DNA of 64,000 nt from Pseudomonadota bacterium (GCA_038746545.1 JBCDKN010000011.1:19295-83294), one strand, 5' to 3'. Counted from the first letter of the stretch, positions 20,030 through 30,290 are shown. Notes: a model not told the origin generated them from the sequence alone. Numbers and translations are program-made.

Positions 20030-20057
20030 GGGATATGAGTATTTGGGGAACAATGAA
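20030..20057 (-). repeat. Intergenic repeat, copy B (core only)
   Basis: GGGATATGAGTATTTGGGGAACAATGAA; 27/28 identical to 25363-25390. Confidence 0.75.
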
Positions 20058-20069
20058 GGGGCCTGTGCA

Positions 20070-22412
20070 ATGACGGTCAAGGAGATCTTCGAGACCATGG
20101 AGTATGGCCCAGCGCCCGAGGATGACGGCCCCGCCCAGGCCTGGCTGGATGCCCATGACAGGGTGTTTGGGTGTTTCATCGGTGGTGCGTTTCAGTCGCC
20201 GGGCGAGACCTTTGCCACCGCCAACCCCGCACGTGACGAAGCCCTCGCGGAGGTCACGCAGGCCAGCGAAAGCGATGTAGACGCTGCGGTGACGGCTGCC
20301 CGCAAGGCGCACCCCGGCTGGGCCAAGCTCGGCGGGTCTGGACGGGCCCGGGTGCTCTATGCGCTGGCCCGGCTCCTGCAGAAGCACGCGCGGCTTTTTG
20401 CCGTGTTCGAGACGCTCGACAATGGCAAGCCCATTCGCGAGAGCCGGGACATCGATATCCCGCTCGCTCAGCGGCATTTCTATTATCACGCGGGGATGGC
20501 CGCCCTGATGGAAGAGGAGTTGCCTGACCGTGCGCCACTGGGCGTCTGCGGGCAGATCGTGCCCTGGAACTTCCCGCTGCTGATGCTGGCCTGGAAAATT
20601 GCGCCGGCGCTGGCCATGGGCAACACGGTGGTGCTGAAACCTGCCGAGTGGACGCCGCTGACCGCCCTTCTGTTTGCCGAGATCTGTGGTGAGGCGGGCG
20701 TGCCCCCGGGCGTGGTCAACATCGTCACAGGGGATGGCACGACTGGCGCGGCATTGGTGGCGCATCCGGATGTGGACAAGATCGCCTTCACTGGCTCGAC
20801 CGAGGTGGGCCGCGAGATCCGGCGCGCAACCGCGGGCACGGGCAAGGCCCTAACGCTCGAGCTTGGTGGGAAATCGCCGTATATCGTGTTTGAAGACGCA
20901 GATCTCGATTCCGCCATCGAGGGCCTTGTGGATGCGATCTGGTTCAATCAGGGACAGGTTTGCTGCGCAGGCTCGCGTCTACTGGTGCAAGAGGGGATCG
21001 CCGAGGCCTTCTATGCCAAACTGCGCACACGGATGGAGCGCCTGCGCATTGGCGATCCGCTCGACAAGTGCATTGATGTGGGCGCGATGGTGGACCCCGC
21101 CCATTGCGCGAAGGTCGCCACCATGGTGGCCGAAAGCGGCGGGGACCTGCATCAGCCGGGCGCAGTCCCGGCGCAGGGTGCCTATTTCCCACCAACCCTG
21201 ATCACCGGGCTTTCGCCTGCGGACCCGCTTATGCGCGAAGAGATCTTTGGCCCGGTTCTGGTGGCCACGACATTCAGGACCCCGGCAGAGGCTGTGCAAG
21301 TGGCCAACGCCACGCGGTATGGGCTGGCCGCGACCCTTTGGTCCGAAGACATCAATCGCGCCCTGGATATCGCGCCGAAGCTCGCGGCTGGCGTGGTCTG
21401 GGTGAACGCGACAAACCTCTTTGACGCGGCGGCTGGCTTTGGCGGTGTCCGCGAAAGCGGCTTTGGGCGCGAGGGGGGCTGGGAAGGTCTGCGTGCTTAC
21501 ACACAGCCAAAAGGCGCGCGGACACCGCCAAAACAGATCGCGCCGATAGCCGCGCCCAAGACCCCCAAGACCGACGGTCTCGACCGTACGGCAAAGATGT
21601 ATATCGGTGGCAAGCAGGCGCGGCCCGATAGCGGGTATTCCCGGGCGATCTGGTCAGCCAAGGGCGCGCTGCTCGGTCATGCGCCAGAGGGCAATCGCAA
21701 GGATATCCGCAATGCGGTCGAGGCCGCGACCGGCGCAGCCGGTTGGGCCCGGACGACCGGGCATTTGCGGGCGCAGATCCTCTACTACGTGGCCGAGAAC
21801 CTTTCGGCGCGGGCCAGCGAATTCGCAGGACGGCTCAAAGAGATGACCGGTATGCGGGAGCCTGCCGCGCAGGCGGAGGTCGCGGCCTCGGTGGACCGGC
21901 TCTTTACCTATGCCGCCTGGGCGGACAAGTATGACGGGGCGGTCAAACCGGTGCCCTTGCGCGGCGTTGCCTTGGCTATGCCGGAGCCGGTCGGAGTGAT
22001 CGGCGCCTTTGCGCCGGAGGAGGCGCCGCTTCTCGGGGCGGTATCGATCCTTGGGGCGACACTGGCGATGGGCAACCGGCTCGTGCTGGTTCCATCCTAT
22101 CCCTTCCCGCTGGCGGCGACGGACCTCTATCAGGTGCTCGATACATCCGATGTGCCCGCCGGAGTTGTGAACATTGTCACGGGGGATCCGGAAGCGCTTG
22201 CAAAACCGCTGTCGAGCCATCTCGGAGTCGATGCCGTCTGGAGCTTCTCGCACGCAGAGATCGAGGCGGAGATCGAGGCGGAGGCCGCCGGGAACCTCAA
22301 GCGAACTTGGGTAACCCATGGGGCAGCGCGCGATTGGTCCAAGGCTGATGCGCGCAGTTTCCTCGCCGAAGCAACAGAGACGAAAACCATCTGGGTGCCC
22401 TACGGCGCCTGA
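20070..22412 (+). CDS. Aldehyde dehydrogenase with extra C-terminal ALDH-like domain (ALDH16 type)
   Basis: About 780 aa; PWNFP, FTGST, ELGGKS, GQVCCAG, EEIFGPV, then a second partial ALDH repeat starting KMYIGGKQARPD. Confidence 0.92.
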   Translation: MTVKEIFETMEYGPAPEDDGPAQAWLDAHDRVFGCFIGGAFQSPGETFATANPARDEALAEVTQASESDVDAAVTAARKAHPGWAKLGGSGRARVLYALARLLQKHARLFAVFETLDNGKPIRESRDIDIPLAQRHFYYHAGMAALMEEELPDRAPLGVCGQIVPWNFPLLMLAWKIAPALAMGNTVVLKPAEWTPLTALLFAEICGEAGVPPGVVNIVTGDGTTGAALVAHPDVDKIAFTGSTEVGREIRRATAGTGKALTLELGGKSPYIVFEDADLDSAIEGLVDAIWFNQGQVCCAGSRLLVQEGIAEAFYAKLRTRMERLRIGDPLDKCIDVGAMVDPAHCAKVATMVAESGGDLHQPGAVPAQGAYFPPTLITGLSPADPLMREEIFGPVLVATTFRTPAEAVQVANATRYGLAATLWSEDINRALDIAPKLAAGVVWVNATNLFDAAAGFGGVRESGFGREGGWEGLRAYTQPKGARTPPKQIAPIAAPKTPKTDGLDRTAKMYIGGKQARPDSGYSRAIWSAKGALLGHAPEGNRKDIRNAVEAATGAAGWARTTGHLRAQILYYVAENLSARASEFAGRLKEMTGMREPAAQAEVAASVDRLFTYAAWADKYDGAVKPVPLRGVALAMPEPVGVIGAFAPEEAPLLGAVSILGATLAMGNRLVLVPSYPFPLAATDLYQVLDTSDVPAGVVNIVTGDPEALAKPLSSHLGVDAVWSFSHAEIEAEIEAEAAGNLKRTWVTHGAARDWSKADARSFLAEATETKTIWVPYGA

Positions 22413-22552
22413 TGCAAAGCGCTCTCGCACGTCGCGAACACGCAGCCTCGCCCGGCTGCATCCGTTTCAAGCAAGCGCCCGCAACGGCCTGCCTCGCGCC
22501 TCAGCGCGCTTGGCGCCCCCGACCACACCCTTGTCAAGAACGGCCAGGCCCG

Positions 22553-23206
22553 TCAGGCCTTGCCGCGAACCTTGTCCCACCAGCGGCTGATGCGCCCCTT
22601 GGTCGCGTCGGCACGGTCATCGGCCCGGTGCATCGCGATCACCACGTCATCCACGATCGGCTCGATCCGCGCCTCATGGAAATTCGCCCACCAGCGCCAG
22701 ATCCGTAGCGCGATCAGTGCGAGCCCGAGGAAAAAGGCAATGTTGAACCACGGAATGATCGTGGGGTCCGGCGAGTCCGTCACCTTCACAGCCACCGCAT
22801 TCGGGAAGATCGAAAAGAAGTTCGACCGCCACCCGTAATGCCGCACGATCACCCAGGTCGGCGCATCTGCCTCGGACACCAGATCCTTGGCCCGTGCATT
22901 CACGTCACTGGAATCGAACTTGAAATAGAACGGCCAGCCCCAACCGGTATCCTCGTTGCGATAGACGATCTCGCGTCCATTGGGCCGTACCGCATCAATG
23001 AATCGGACATCCCGGCTATCAGCCATGGGTGCACCGCTATCGGGTTGTGCCCAGAACAATCGGTTGTTGTCCGTAAAATCCACGCGGCGTTCATAGGCGT
23101 CCACCATCCGCACCACGTCATGCTGGGGCAGCACGTAATGCAACAGCCCGCCAACCAGCACCAGAAGGATCAGTTTCAGCGTCCAACGCAGGTAGGTCCA
23201 AAACAT
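22553..23206 (-). CDS. DUF1523 family membrane protein
   Basis: HYVLPQHD, YRNEDTGWGWPFYFKFDS, HYGWR motifs; N- and C-terminal TM. Confidence 0.8.
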   Translation of the reverse strand: MFWTYLRWTLKLILLVLVGGLLHYVLPQHDVVRMVDAYERRVDFTDNNRLFWAQPDSGAPMADSRDVRFIDAVRPNGREIVYRNEDTGWGWPFYFKFDSSDVNARAKDLVSEADAPTWVIVRHYGWRSNFFSIFPNAVAVKVTDSPDPTIIPWFNIAFFLGLALIALRIWRWWANFHEARIEPIVDDVVIAMHRADDRADATKGRISRWWDKVRGKA

Positions 23207-23207
23207 C

Positions 23208-23471
23208 TCAATCCCAATTCGTCAAAAGCGCCAGCAGGCCGATCACCGCCACCGGAAACGCGTATACACCCCAGATTAACCTCTGCCGGAGCGACCGCTC
23301 CAGGGCCGCAAGGCCATCTTTCTCAAAGGCCTCCCATGTGCCGGGACGCCCCTCCGCCAGCCAGCGCTCTTCGAGCTCTGCTGACTTGCGTGACCGCTGT
23401 AGCATGGCGACAAGGATATGCGCCACTGCCAGCACCATAAAAACCAACAGCCCTACCCGCAGAACCGCCAT
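23208..23471 (-). CDS. Small two-TM hypothetical protein
   Basis: 87 aa, AAGGAG RBS, 1 nt from DUF1523 start. Confidence 0.7.
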   Translation of the reverse strand: MAVLRVGLLVFMVLAVAHILVAMLQRSRKSAELEERWLAEGRPGTWEAFEKDGLAALERSLRQRLIWGVYAFPVAVIGLLALLTNWD

Positions 23472-23911
23472 GGAATGCTCCTTTTCCGCTGCCTCGCGCT
23501 CCTATGACTAGAAATGGGGCGCGAGGCGACAAACACAACGCCCAGGCCCGCTTGTGGCGCCTCGCGCAGCGGCCTAGGCTTAATCCATGCAGACTGCCGC
23601 CCCCGTATACAAGGTGATTGCCCCGCGCGGCGATGCACTCCTCCGCAGGCAAACGGGCCTCGTCTCGCTCCCGTCTCAGAACCCTCCGGGAGGTCGGTAT
23701 CACCAGACCTGCACGATGCCCAAAGCCTTTTTCGCAGCCCGGAGTTTCGCCCGTAAACCGGCGCGCGCCACCACGGCCGCTGCCGGTACGCACGCCCGTG
23801 AGCCTGAGCTCCTCGTCCAGGGGTTTCATGCGGCGACAGCCATCAAGAATTTGATCAATATCGCGCAGGCGACAGCCCTGCCCACCGCCAATCCGCTGCT
23901 GGAGCACCGAC

Positions 23912-25363
23912 ATGACCTACGACCCCGGCTTTCCACCCTTTGAGATCCTGATCGGCGGGGTCTGGGGGCCTTGCGCCAGCGGCGAGACGGTGGCTCTGAT
24001 TGACCCATCTGATGGCAGCCATCTGGCCGAGATCGCGCGCGGTGGCCCGGTCGATATCGACCGGGCGGTCACAGCCGCACAAGACGCGCTTGAGGGCGAC
24101 TGGGGGCGCCATAGCGCGACGGAAAGGGGCCGGTTGCTCAGCCGCCTCGGCGCACTCGTCCTGCGAGAAGCGGATCGCCTTGCCGAGATGGAGGCGCGCG
24201 ATGTGGGTAAACCTCTGAGCCAGGCCCGCGCGGACGCGCTGGCCCTTGCGAGGTATCTGGAATTCTACGGAGGAGCTGCAGACAAGATCATGGGGGAGAC
24301 TATCCCCTATATGGATGGCTATACGGTCTATACCCTGCGCGAGCCCCACGGCGTCACGGGCCATATCGTGCCCTGGAATTATCCGATGCAAATCATCGGA
24401 CGCTCGGTTGGCGCGGCGTTGACCATGGGCAATGCCTGCGTGCTGAAACCGGCGGAAGAGGCTTGCCTGACAGCTCTGGCCTTTGCCCGGCTCGCCGACG
24501 AGGCCGGCCTACCGCCAGGCGCGCTGAATGTGGTGCCCGGCCTCGGAGCCGAGGCAGGCGCGGCGCTGAGCGCTCATCCCGGGGTCGACCATATGAGCTT
24601 CACCGGCTCCGTACCCGTGGGCAGCGCAGTTCAGGCCGCCGCGGCAACCCAGATCACCCCTGTGACCCTGGAGCTGGGTGGCAAGTCCCCGCAACTTGTC
24701 TTCGCGGATGCAGATCTCGATGCCGCCCTGCCCTTTCTCGTAAATGCCGGCATCCAAAATGCCGGACAGACATGCTCTGCCGCCTCCCGGATCCTGATCG
24801 AGGCTGCGATCTTTGATGAGGTCGCGAGCCGAATGGCGGAAGCCTATGATACGCTCACCGTGGGCCCGGCTCGCGAGGACCCGCATGTTGGCCCTCTGAT
24901 TTCCGCACGTCAGAAGACGCGGGTGAGCGAAATGCTGGCACTGGCGGACCCGGAACATATCCGCGCCACTGGACAGCTCAGCCCAGACGCCCCGGACGCG
25001 GGCGCATATGTGGTTCCACATCTTCTATCCGGTATGGGTCCAGACCACCCGCTCGCCCAGCAGGAGATTTTCGGCCCTGTTCAGATCCTCCTCCCGTTCG
25101 AGACCGAGAACGAGGCCGTGGCGATTGCCAATGGTACCGAGTTCGGCCTCGTCGCCGCGGTCTGGAGCCGGGATGGCGGCCGCCAGATGCGGCTCGCAAA
25201 ACGCCTCCACGCGGGCCAGGTCTTTCTCAACACCTACGGCGCGGGCGGCGGGGTGGAACTCCCCTTCGGGGGCGTCGGAAAGTCTGGTCATGGGCGGGAA
25301 AAAGGGTTCGAGGCGCTCTACGGGTTCTCGCAACTCAAGACCGTGGCGGCGCGGCACGGTTAG
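23912..25363 (+). CDS. Aldehyde dehydrogenase
   Basis: PWNYP, SFTGS, ELGGKS, GQTCSA, EIFGPV, PFGGVGKSG; GGAG RBS. Confidence 0.95.
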   Translation: MTYDPGFPPFEILIGGVWGPCASGETVALIDPSDGSHLAEIARGGPVDIDRAVTAAQDALEGDWGRHSATERGRLLSRLGALVLREADRLAEMEARDVGKPLSQARADALALARYLEFYGGAADKIMGETIPYMDGYTVYTLREPHGVTGHIVPWNYPMQIIGRSVGAALTMGNACVLKPAEEACLTALAFARLADEAGLPPGALNVVPGLGAEAGAALSAHPGVDHMSFTGSVPVGSAVQAAAATQITPVTLELGGKSPQLVFADADLDAALPFLVNAGIQNAGQTCSAASRILIEAAIFDEVASRMAEAYDTLTVGPAREDPHVGPLISARQKTRVSEMLALADPEHIRATGQLSPDAPDAGAYVVPHLLSGMGPDHPLAQQEIFGPVQILLPFETENEAVAIANGTEFGLVAAVWSRDGGRQMRLAKRLHAGQVFLNTYGAGGGVELPFGGVGKSGHGREKGFEALYGFSQLKTVAARHG

Positions 25364-25457
25364 GGATCTGAGTATTTGGGGAACAATGAAACCCAGATCT
25401 TGATCATCTTAAGTCTATAAATATCCCCGCCGGAGGCCCCCGCCCCGGAACGGGGCG
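25363..25457. repeat. Intergenic repeat, copies C (minus, 25363-25390) and D (plus, 25408-25457) back to back
   Basis: C matches copy B; D = CTTAAGTC-TAT-AAATATCCCCGCCGGAGGCCCC plus hairpin CGCCCCG-GAA-CGGGGCG. Confidence 0.75.
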
Positions 25458-25499
25458 GAAAGCATCATGCGCGCCGCAGGCGCTCCTTTTTGCTCGGAC

Positions 25500-26492
25500 C
25501 TAGAGAAGGCCTTCGGAGACAAAGCGCGCGCGCACATCCGTCTTGGGGCGTGCACCGAAATGACTGATAACTTCGGCGGCCGCGATCACGCCCATGCGCC
25601 CGCAAGTCTCCAGCGTCTGACCCGTCGCCAGACCATAAAGGAACCCGGCCGCAAACTGATCCCCCGCGCCAGTCGCGTCCACGGGCACAACGCGCGTAAC
25701 TGGCACCTGGACCCGTTCGGCCCCGCGAATGGCCACCACCGGATCGCCGGAGCGGGTACATACCACCAGCTCACAGACCGACGCCGCCTGGGCCAGCGCC
25801 CTGTCCAGATCTTCGGTCTCGTAGAGCGCCTTGTACTCATGCTCATTGCCGATCACAAAAGTCAGCTCATCAGCTACCAGCCGCTGGAAATCCGCGCGGT
25901 GACGATCAACGCAAAACGGGTCCGACAGGGTGATCCCTGCCTGCCCGCCTCCCGTGCGGGCATAGCGCGCGGCGGCCTCGAAGGCGGCTTTCCCGGGCAC
26001 CTTGTCGAAGAGATATCCTTCAAGGAACAGGAGCCCGACCTGATCGAATACCCCCTCGGCCACGTCCTCGGGTCCGAGATCCGCGCCCGCGCCGAGATAG
26101 GTGTTCATCGACCGCTCCCCATCCGGGGTGACAAAGATCATCGACCGCGAGGTGGGTGCCTCCACATCCGCTTGGGGCGGGTTGGGGAAAGCCGTACCTT
26201 CGGCCTCCATCCCTTGCGCATAGAAACGGCCCAACGCGTCATCTTTCACGCGCCCGACAAAAGCGCAGCGCAAGCCCAGCTCGCCAAGCCCCGCCAGCGT
26301 GTTGGCCACCGAGCCACCGGGGGCCTGCACCCGGTCGGACATGGCAGCATAGAGCATTTCGGCCCGTGACCGCTCAACCAGCTGCATGATCCCCTTCTCG
26401 ATCCCCATATGGTCGAGAAAACTGTCATCGGTCTGGGCGAGTACATCGACGATGGCATTGCCGATGCCGACAACCTGAAACGGGTGAGTCAT
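25500..26492 (-). CDS. PfkB family carbohydrate/nucleoside kinase (adenosine kinase-like)
   Basis: GIGNAIVD, GGSVANT, ERSMNTYLGA, VDATGAGDQFAAGF. Confidence 0.9.
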   Translation of the reverse strand: MTHPFQVVGIGNAIVDVLAQTDDSFLDHMGIEKGIMQLVERSRAEMLYAAMSDRVQAPGGSVANTLAGLGELGLRCAFVGRVKDDALGRFYAQGMEAEGTAFPNPPQADVEAPTSRSMIFVTPDGERSMNTYLGAGADLGPEDVAEGVFDQVGLLFLEGYLFDKVPGKAAFEAAARYARTGGGQAGITLSDPFCVDRHRADFQRLVADELTFVIGNEHEYKALYETEDLDRALAQAASVCELVVCTRSGDPVVAIRGAERVQVPVTRVVPVDATGAGDQFAAGFLYGLATGQTLETCGRMGVIAAAEVISHFGARPKTDVRARFVSEGLL

Positions 26493-26887
26493 GGGGCGGG
26501 GTCCTTTGCGACAGCATCAAGTTCGGTTTCCACCAGCCAGGCGGGATCAATGAAGCGGCTCACCTCCACGAAGGTGCAGGCCGGACGGATTGCGCCGAAA
26601 ACCTCGCCATGGGCGCGGGCGGCCTCCTGCCATGTCTCGGCATCGACCAGAAGGATCCGGCTGCGTAGCACATCATCGGGGCGCAGGCCGGCCTCGGCGA
26701 GCGCGCTCAGCCCGATCTCAAGGCAGCGCTTGGTCTGGCCATAAACATCGCCCGGGCAAGCGGTCCCACCGCCCACGGCAATCGGCGCAGTACCAGCAAC
26801 GGCAGCGATATCTCCGATCCGCACCGCGCGCGAGAATCCGATGACCGGTTCCATGGGCGATCCAGAGGCAACGTTGATCCGGGTCAC
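26489..26887 (-). CDS. RidA/YjgF family protein
   Basis: GFSRAVRIG, VAGTAP, RPACTFVEV..IDPAWLVETE; GTG start overlaps nth stop. Confidence 0.88.
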   Translation of the reverse strand: MTRINVASGSPMEPVIGFSRAVRIGDIAAVAGTAPIAVGGGTACPGDVYGQTKRCLEIGLSALAEAGLRPDDVLRSRILLVDAETWQEAARAHGEVFGAIRPACTFVEVSRFIDPAWLVETELDAVAKDPAP

Positions 26888-27528
26888 TGGGTCTTCTCCT
26901 CGAACCTGCACAAATCTTCGATCAGGCACGCGCCGCAAGCCGGTTTGCGCGCCTTGCAGATGTAACGGCCATGCAGGATCAGCCAGTGATGGGCATGGTG
27001 CTGGAAATCGACGGGGATATGGTCCTCGATGGCACGTTCCACGGCGACCACGTCCTTACCGGGGCAGATGCCGGTTCGGTTGCCCACGCGAAAAATATGG
27101 GTGTCCACGGCCTGGCTCGGATGACCCCACCACATGTTCAGCACCACATTGGCGGTTTTCCGGCCCACACCGGGCAGGCTTTCCAATGCCGCGCGGGAAT
27201 TCGGCACTTCGCCGCCATAGTCCTCCACGAGGATCCGGCTGAGCTTGATGACGTTCTTGGCCTTGTTGCGATAAAGCCCGATTGTCTTGATATGCGCGAT
27301 CACGCCCTCTTCGCCGAGCGCCAGCATCTTGTCGGGCGTATCCGCGATCTTGAAGAGCGCTTCAGTCGCCTTATTCACCCCGGCATCAGTCGCCTGTGCC
27401 GACAGGGCCACAGCCACCACCAGCGTATAGGCGTTCACATGGTTGAGCTCGCCCTTCGGCTCCGCCTCAGCGGTCTGGAAGCGGGTGAAGATCTCGCGGA
27501 TCGTGTGATAATCGAGTTGCTTGGCCAT
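26884..27528 (-). CDS. nth: Endonuclease III
   Basis: LSAQATD, HhH LPGVGRKTANV, VDTHIFR, C-X6-C-X2-C-X5-C Fe-S motif. Confidence 0.97.
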   Translation of the reverse strand: MAKQLDYHTIREIFTRFQTAEAEPKGELNHVNAYTLVVAVALSAQATDAGVNKATEALFKIADTPDKMLALGEEGVIAHIKTIGLYRNKAKNVIKLSRILVEDYGGEVPNSRAALESLPGVGRKTANVVLNMWWGHPSQAVDTHIFRVGNRTGICPGKDVVAVERAIEDHIPVDFQHHAHHWLILHGRYICKARKPACGACLIEDLCRFEEKTQ

Positions 27529-27639
27529 CCGCGCCCATATGCCCAATGCGCGGCCTCGGGGCAAGCGGCGCAAATGCGCAAAATTCGGGTCGCGAGGCGC
27601 GGTGGAGGGGGCTAGCTTGAGCCCAACAGGAGGCTTTCG

Positions 27640-28515
27640 ATGACCGATCCCGCCAAGACCACCCCCCGATCCGACGACCGCTACCACTATGGCGTGATCC
27701 GCCGCGCCATCGACGAAATAGATGCGGCCGGGGGCGCGCCGCTGCCGCTGGAGGATCTGGCCACCCGGATCGGGCTCAGCCCGGCCCATCTACAGCGAAC
27801 GTTTTCCGCCTGGGTCGGAGTTTCGCCCAAGCGCTACCAGCAGTACCTGACGCTGGATCACGCCAAATCCTTGTTGGCCGAGCGGTTCACCACGCTGGAA
27901 GCTGCGGATGAGCTGGGGCTCTCGGGGTCGGGGCGGCTCCATGATCTCTTTGTGACCTGGGAGGCCATGAGCCCCGGGGAGTTTGCCCGCAAGGGCGCGT
28001 GCCTGACCATCCGCTGGGGCTGGTTCGACAGCCCGTTCGGGCTGGCGCTGGTCATGGGGACCGACAAGGGGATCTGCGGCATTGCTTTTGCCTCGGAGAC
28101 CGGGACTGAACCCGCAATGGAGGATATGGTCGCGCGCTGGCCAAAAGCACAGTTTGTCGAGGACCCGATGGGTCTGCGCCCCTGGGCGCTGGCCGCTTTC
28201 GGGGCCGAAGATGGCGATCTCGCCAAGGCACCGCTCTATCTGATCGGGGCACCGTTCCAGATCAAGGTTTGGGAGGCGCTCCTACGCATCCCTTCGGGCC
28301 ATGTCACGACCTATTCCGAGATTGCCCAAGCCATTGGATCACCCAAAGCCGTGCGCGCCGTGGGGACCGCCGTGGGGCGCAACCCGGTGAGCTGGCTCAT
28401 TCCCTGCCATCGGGCACTGCGCAAATCGGGCGGGCTGGGCGGATACCATTGGGGTCTTCCGGTGAAGCGCGCCATGCTCGCACAAGAGGCAGCCCAGCTC
28501 GCTGAAGCCAGTTGA
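27640..28515 (+). CDS. AraC-HTH plus methylated-DNA-protein-cysteine methyltransferase (Ada-like, lacking N-terminal Zn domain)
   Basis: HLQRTF..WVGVSPK HTH; FQIKVW, RAVGTA, IPCHR active site. Confidence 0.92.
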   Translation: MTDPAKTTPRSDDRYHYGVIRRAIDEIDAAGGAPLPLEDLATRIGLSPAHLQRTFSAWVGVSPKRYQQYLTLDHAKSLLAERFTTLEAADELGLSGSGRLHDLFVTWEAMSPGEFARKGACLTIRWGWFDSPFGLALVMGTDKGICGIAFASETGTEPAMEDMVARWPKAQFVEDPMGLRPWALAAFGAEDGDLAKAPLYLIGAPFQIKVWEALLRIPSGHVTTYSEIAQAIGSPKAVRAVGTAVGRNPVSWLIPCHRALRKSGGLGGYHWGLPVKRAMLAQEAAQLAEAS

Positions 28516-28640
28516 GGCCACCCAGAGCGATTTGTCCGGCAAATCCGCGCCAAATCTCGGAGGTTTGAGGGCTTGGCTATTGAATAACACGCCCAACTGG
28601 CCCGATATGCTGGGAAACAAACGCTTGAGGACGAGTACAC

Positions 28641-29267
28641 ATGCTCCTACGCACCCCCCTGATCCTGATCACCACCGGCGCCCTGACCCTGTCCGCCTGC
28701 ACCGTGAGCGAGGACAACAGTAACCTCGCAACCGGCGCCGCCATTGGCGGTCTGATCGGCGCGGCCATCGGCGCGGGCGAAAGCCGCGACAAAGCGCTTG
28801 TGGGCGCGGTGCTTGGTGCTGGCGTGGGCGCGGCTATTGGCGACGCGCTGGATCGGCAGGCCCGGGCGCTTGAGGAGGATCTGAACAACGACGCGGTGAA
28901 GATCGTCAACACCGGCTCCGAGCTGATCGTGACCCTGCCCCAGGACATCCTCTTTGCCGTGGACAGCACCGTGGTGCAGCCGACCCTGCAGGCGGATCTG
29001 ACGGCGCTTGCAGGTAACCTTCTGGAATACCCCGAGACGACCGTGCAGGTGATCGGCCACACCGACAACACCGGCTCTGCGGCTTATAATCAGGACCTTT
29101 CCCAGCGGCGCGCAAACGCGGTGTCGACAATCCTCTTGCAGAACGGGGTTCCCGCCTCGCGCGTGGTGTCCTTAGGGCGCGGTGAAGACCAGCCCGTGGC
29201 CTCGAACCTCGATGCCGCCGGCCGCGCTCTGAACCGCCGCGTGGATATCGTCATCACGCCCCGGTAA
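28641..29267 (+). CDS. OmpA family lipoprotein with glycine zipper
   Basis: Lipobox LSAC; GAAIGG repeats; GHTD, LSQRRA, NRRV. Confidence 0.93.
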   Translation: MLLRTPLILITTGALTLSACTVSEDNSNLATGAAIGGLIGAAIGAGESRDKALVGAVLGAGVGAAIGDALDRQARALEEDLNNDAVKIVNTGSELIVTLPQDILFAVDSTVVQPTLQADLTALAGNLLEYPETTVQVIGHTDNTGSAAYNQDLSQRRANAVSTILLQNGVPASRVVSLGRGEDQPVASNLDAAGRALNRRVDIVITPR

Positions 29268-29314
29268 GCCTGCGGTAAAGATACTGGCCCGCACGGGTTG
29301 CAGCGCGCCTCCAG

Positions 29315-29333
29315 TGGTCATATCTTTTGACCA
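29315..29333. promoter_or_regulatory. FadR-subfamily (PdhR/LldR/GlcC-like) operator, probably autoregulatory
   Basis: TGGTCA-N7-TGACCA inverted repeat just upstream of the FadR-type gene. Confidence 0.65.
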
Positions 29334-29348
29334 ATCAGGGGGCGCATT

Positions 29349-30116
29349 ATGCCATTTCAACGCATCCAGTCCGAGAAGCTCTCGCATTCCGTGGTACGCC
29401 AGATCGAGAAGCTGATCCTGCGCGGCATCCTGCGCCCAGGGGAGCGTTTGCCCTCGGAGCGGGAGCTGTCGGAGAAGCTGGGCGTATCCCGCCCCTCCCT
29501 GCGCGAGGCGCTGGCCGAGTTGCAGGAGCGGGGCCTATTGGAAACCCGAGCCGGGGCCGGGGTCTATGTGGCTGAAGTGCTGGGATCGGCCTTTTCAGAG
29601 GCACTGATCCAGCTCTTTGCACAGCATGACGAGGCGGTCTTCGACTACCTCGCGTTCCGCCGCGACCTTGAGGGGTTGGCCGCAGATCGCGCCGCCCGGC
29701 TCGGGTCCGAGACAGATCTGCGGGTGGTCGAAACGATCTTTCGCAAGATGGAAGCGGCCCATTCCAAGCGGAACCCGGATGAAGAGTCAGCGCTCGATGC
29801 GGAGTTTCATCTGGCGATCATCGAGGCCAGCCACAACGTGATCATGCTGCATATGATGCGGTCCATGTTCGACCTGCTGCGCGAGGGCGTGTTTTATAAT
29901 CGCAAGATCATGTTCAAACAACGCGCGACGCGAGACCAACTTCTGGAACAACACAGAGCGATCAACGCAGCCGTGCAGGCGCGGGACCCGCTGGCCGCAC
30001 GGGAAGCCGTGCAGACCCATCTGGATTTCGTAGAAGGCTCCCTCGCCGATTGGCGGCAGATGGAAAAGAATGAAGCCATCGCCCGGCAACGCTTCGAGCA
30101 CGAGCAGCAGCGCTAG
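29349..30116 (+). CDS. GntR/FadR family regulator (PdhR/LldR/GlcC-like)
   Basis: RLPSERELSEKLGVSRPSLREAL; DAEFH..ASHN; EQHRAI. Confidence 0.93.
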   Translation: MPFQRIQSEKLSHSVVRQIEKLILRGILRPGERLPSERELSEKLGVSRPSLREALAELQERGLLETRAGAGVYVAEVLGSAFSEALIQLFAQHDEAVFDYLAFRRDLEGLAADRAARLGSETDLRVVETIFRKMEAAHSKRNPDEESALDAEFHLAIIEASHNVIMLHMMRSMFDLLREGVFYNRKIMFKQRATRDQLLEQHRAINAAVQARDPLAAREAVQTHLDFVEGSLADWRQMEKNEAIARQRFEHEQQR

Positions 30117-30240
30117 GGACAGTGGCGCTTCCGCATGTGGAATGCGTGGACCCACTGGCCAGCACGGGGCATCCCCATGTCCAAACGACCGGCCAAAGCA
30201 TGTCCGCGCGGCCAACATGTGTACCGCACCCCCTCAACGA

Positions 30241-30264
30241 AGAAACCCGGCACTGGGCCGGGTT
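30241..30264 (-). terminator. Probable intrinsic terminator of the F0 atp operon
   Basis: AACCCGGC-N5-GCCGGGTT hairpin followed by TCTT on the minus strand, just past atpF. Confidence 0.55.
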
Positions 30265-30290
30265 CCTAGAAATCGTTCTGAGATCGTCGC

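Noticed and set aside
22257-22280. 12-bp tandem repeat (EIEA x2) in the ALDH16 gene
   Set aside because: Small in-frame duplication with no evident consequence
20030-25457. Near-identical 28-bp repeats as a CRISPR array or att sites
   Set aside because: Dispersed rather than regularly spaced, no cas or integrase gene, and part of the wider repeat family
30117-30240. Loose GGCCA..CATGT repeats between the FadR gene and atpF
   Set aside because: Too degenerate to distinguish from chance
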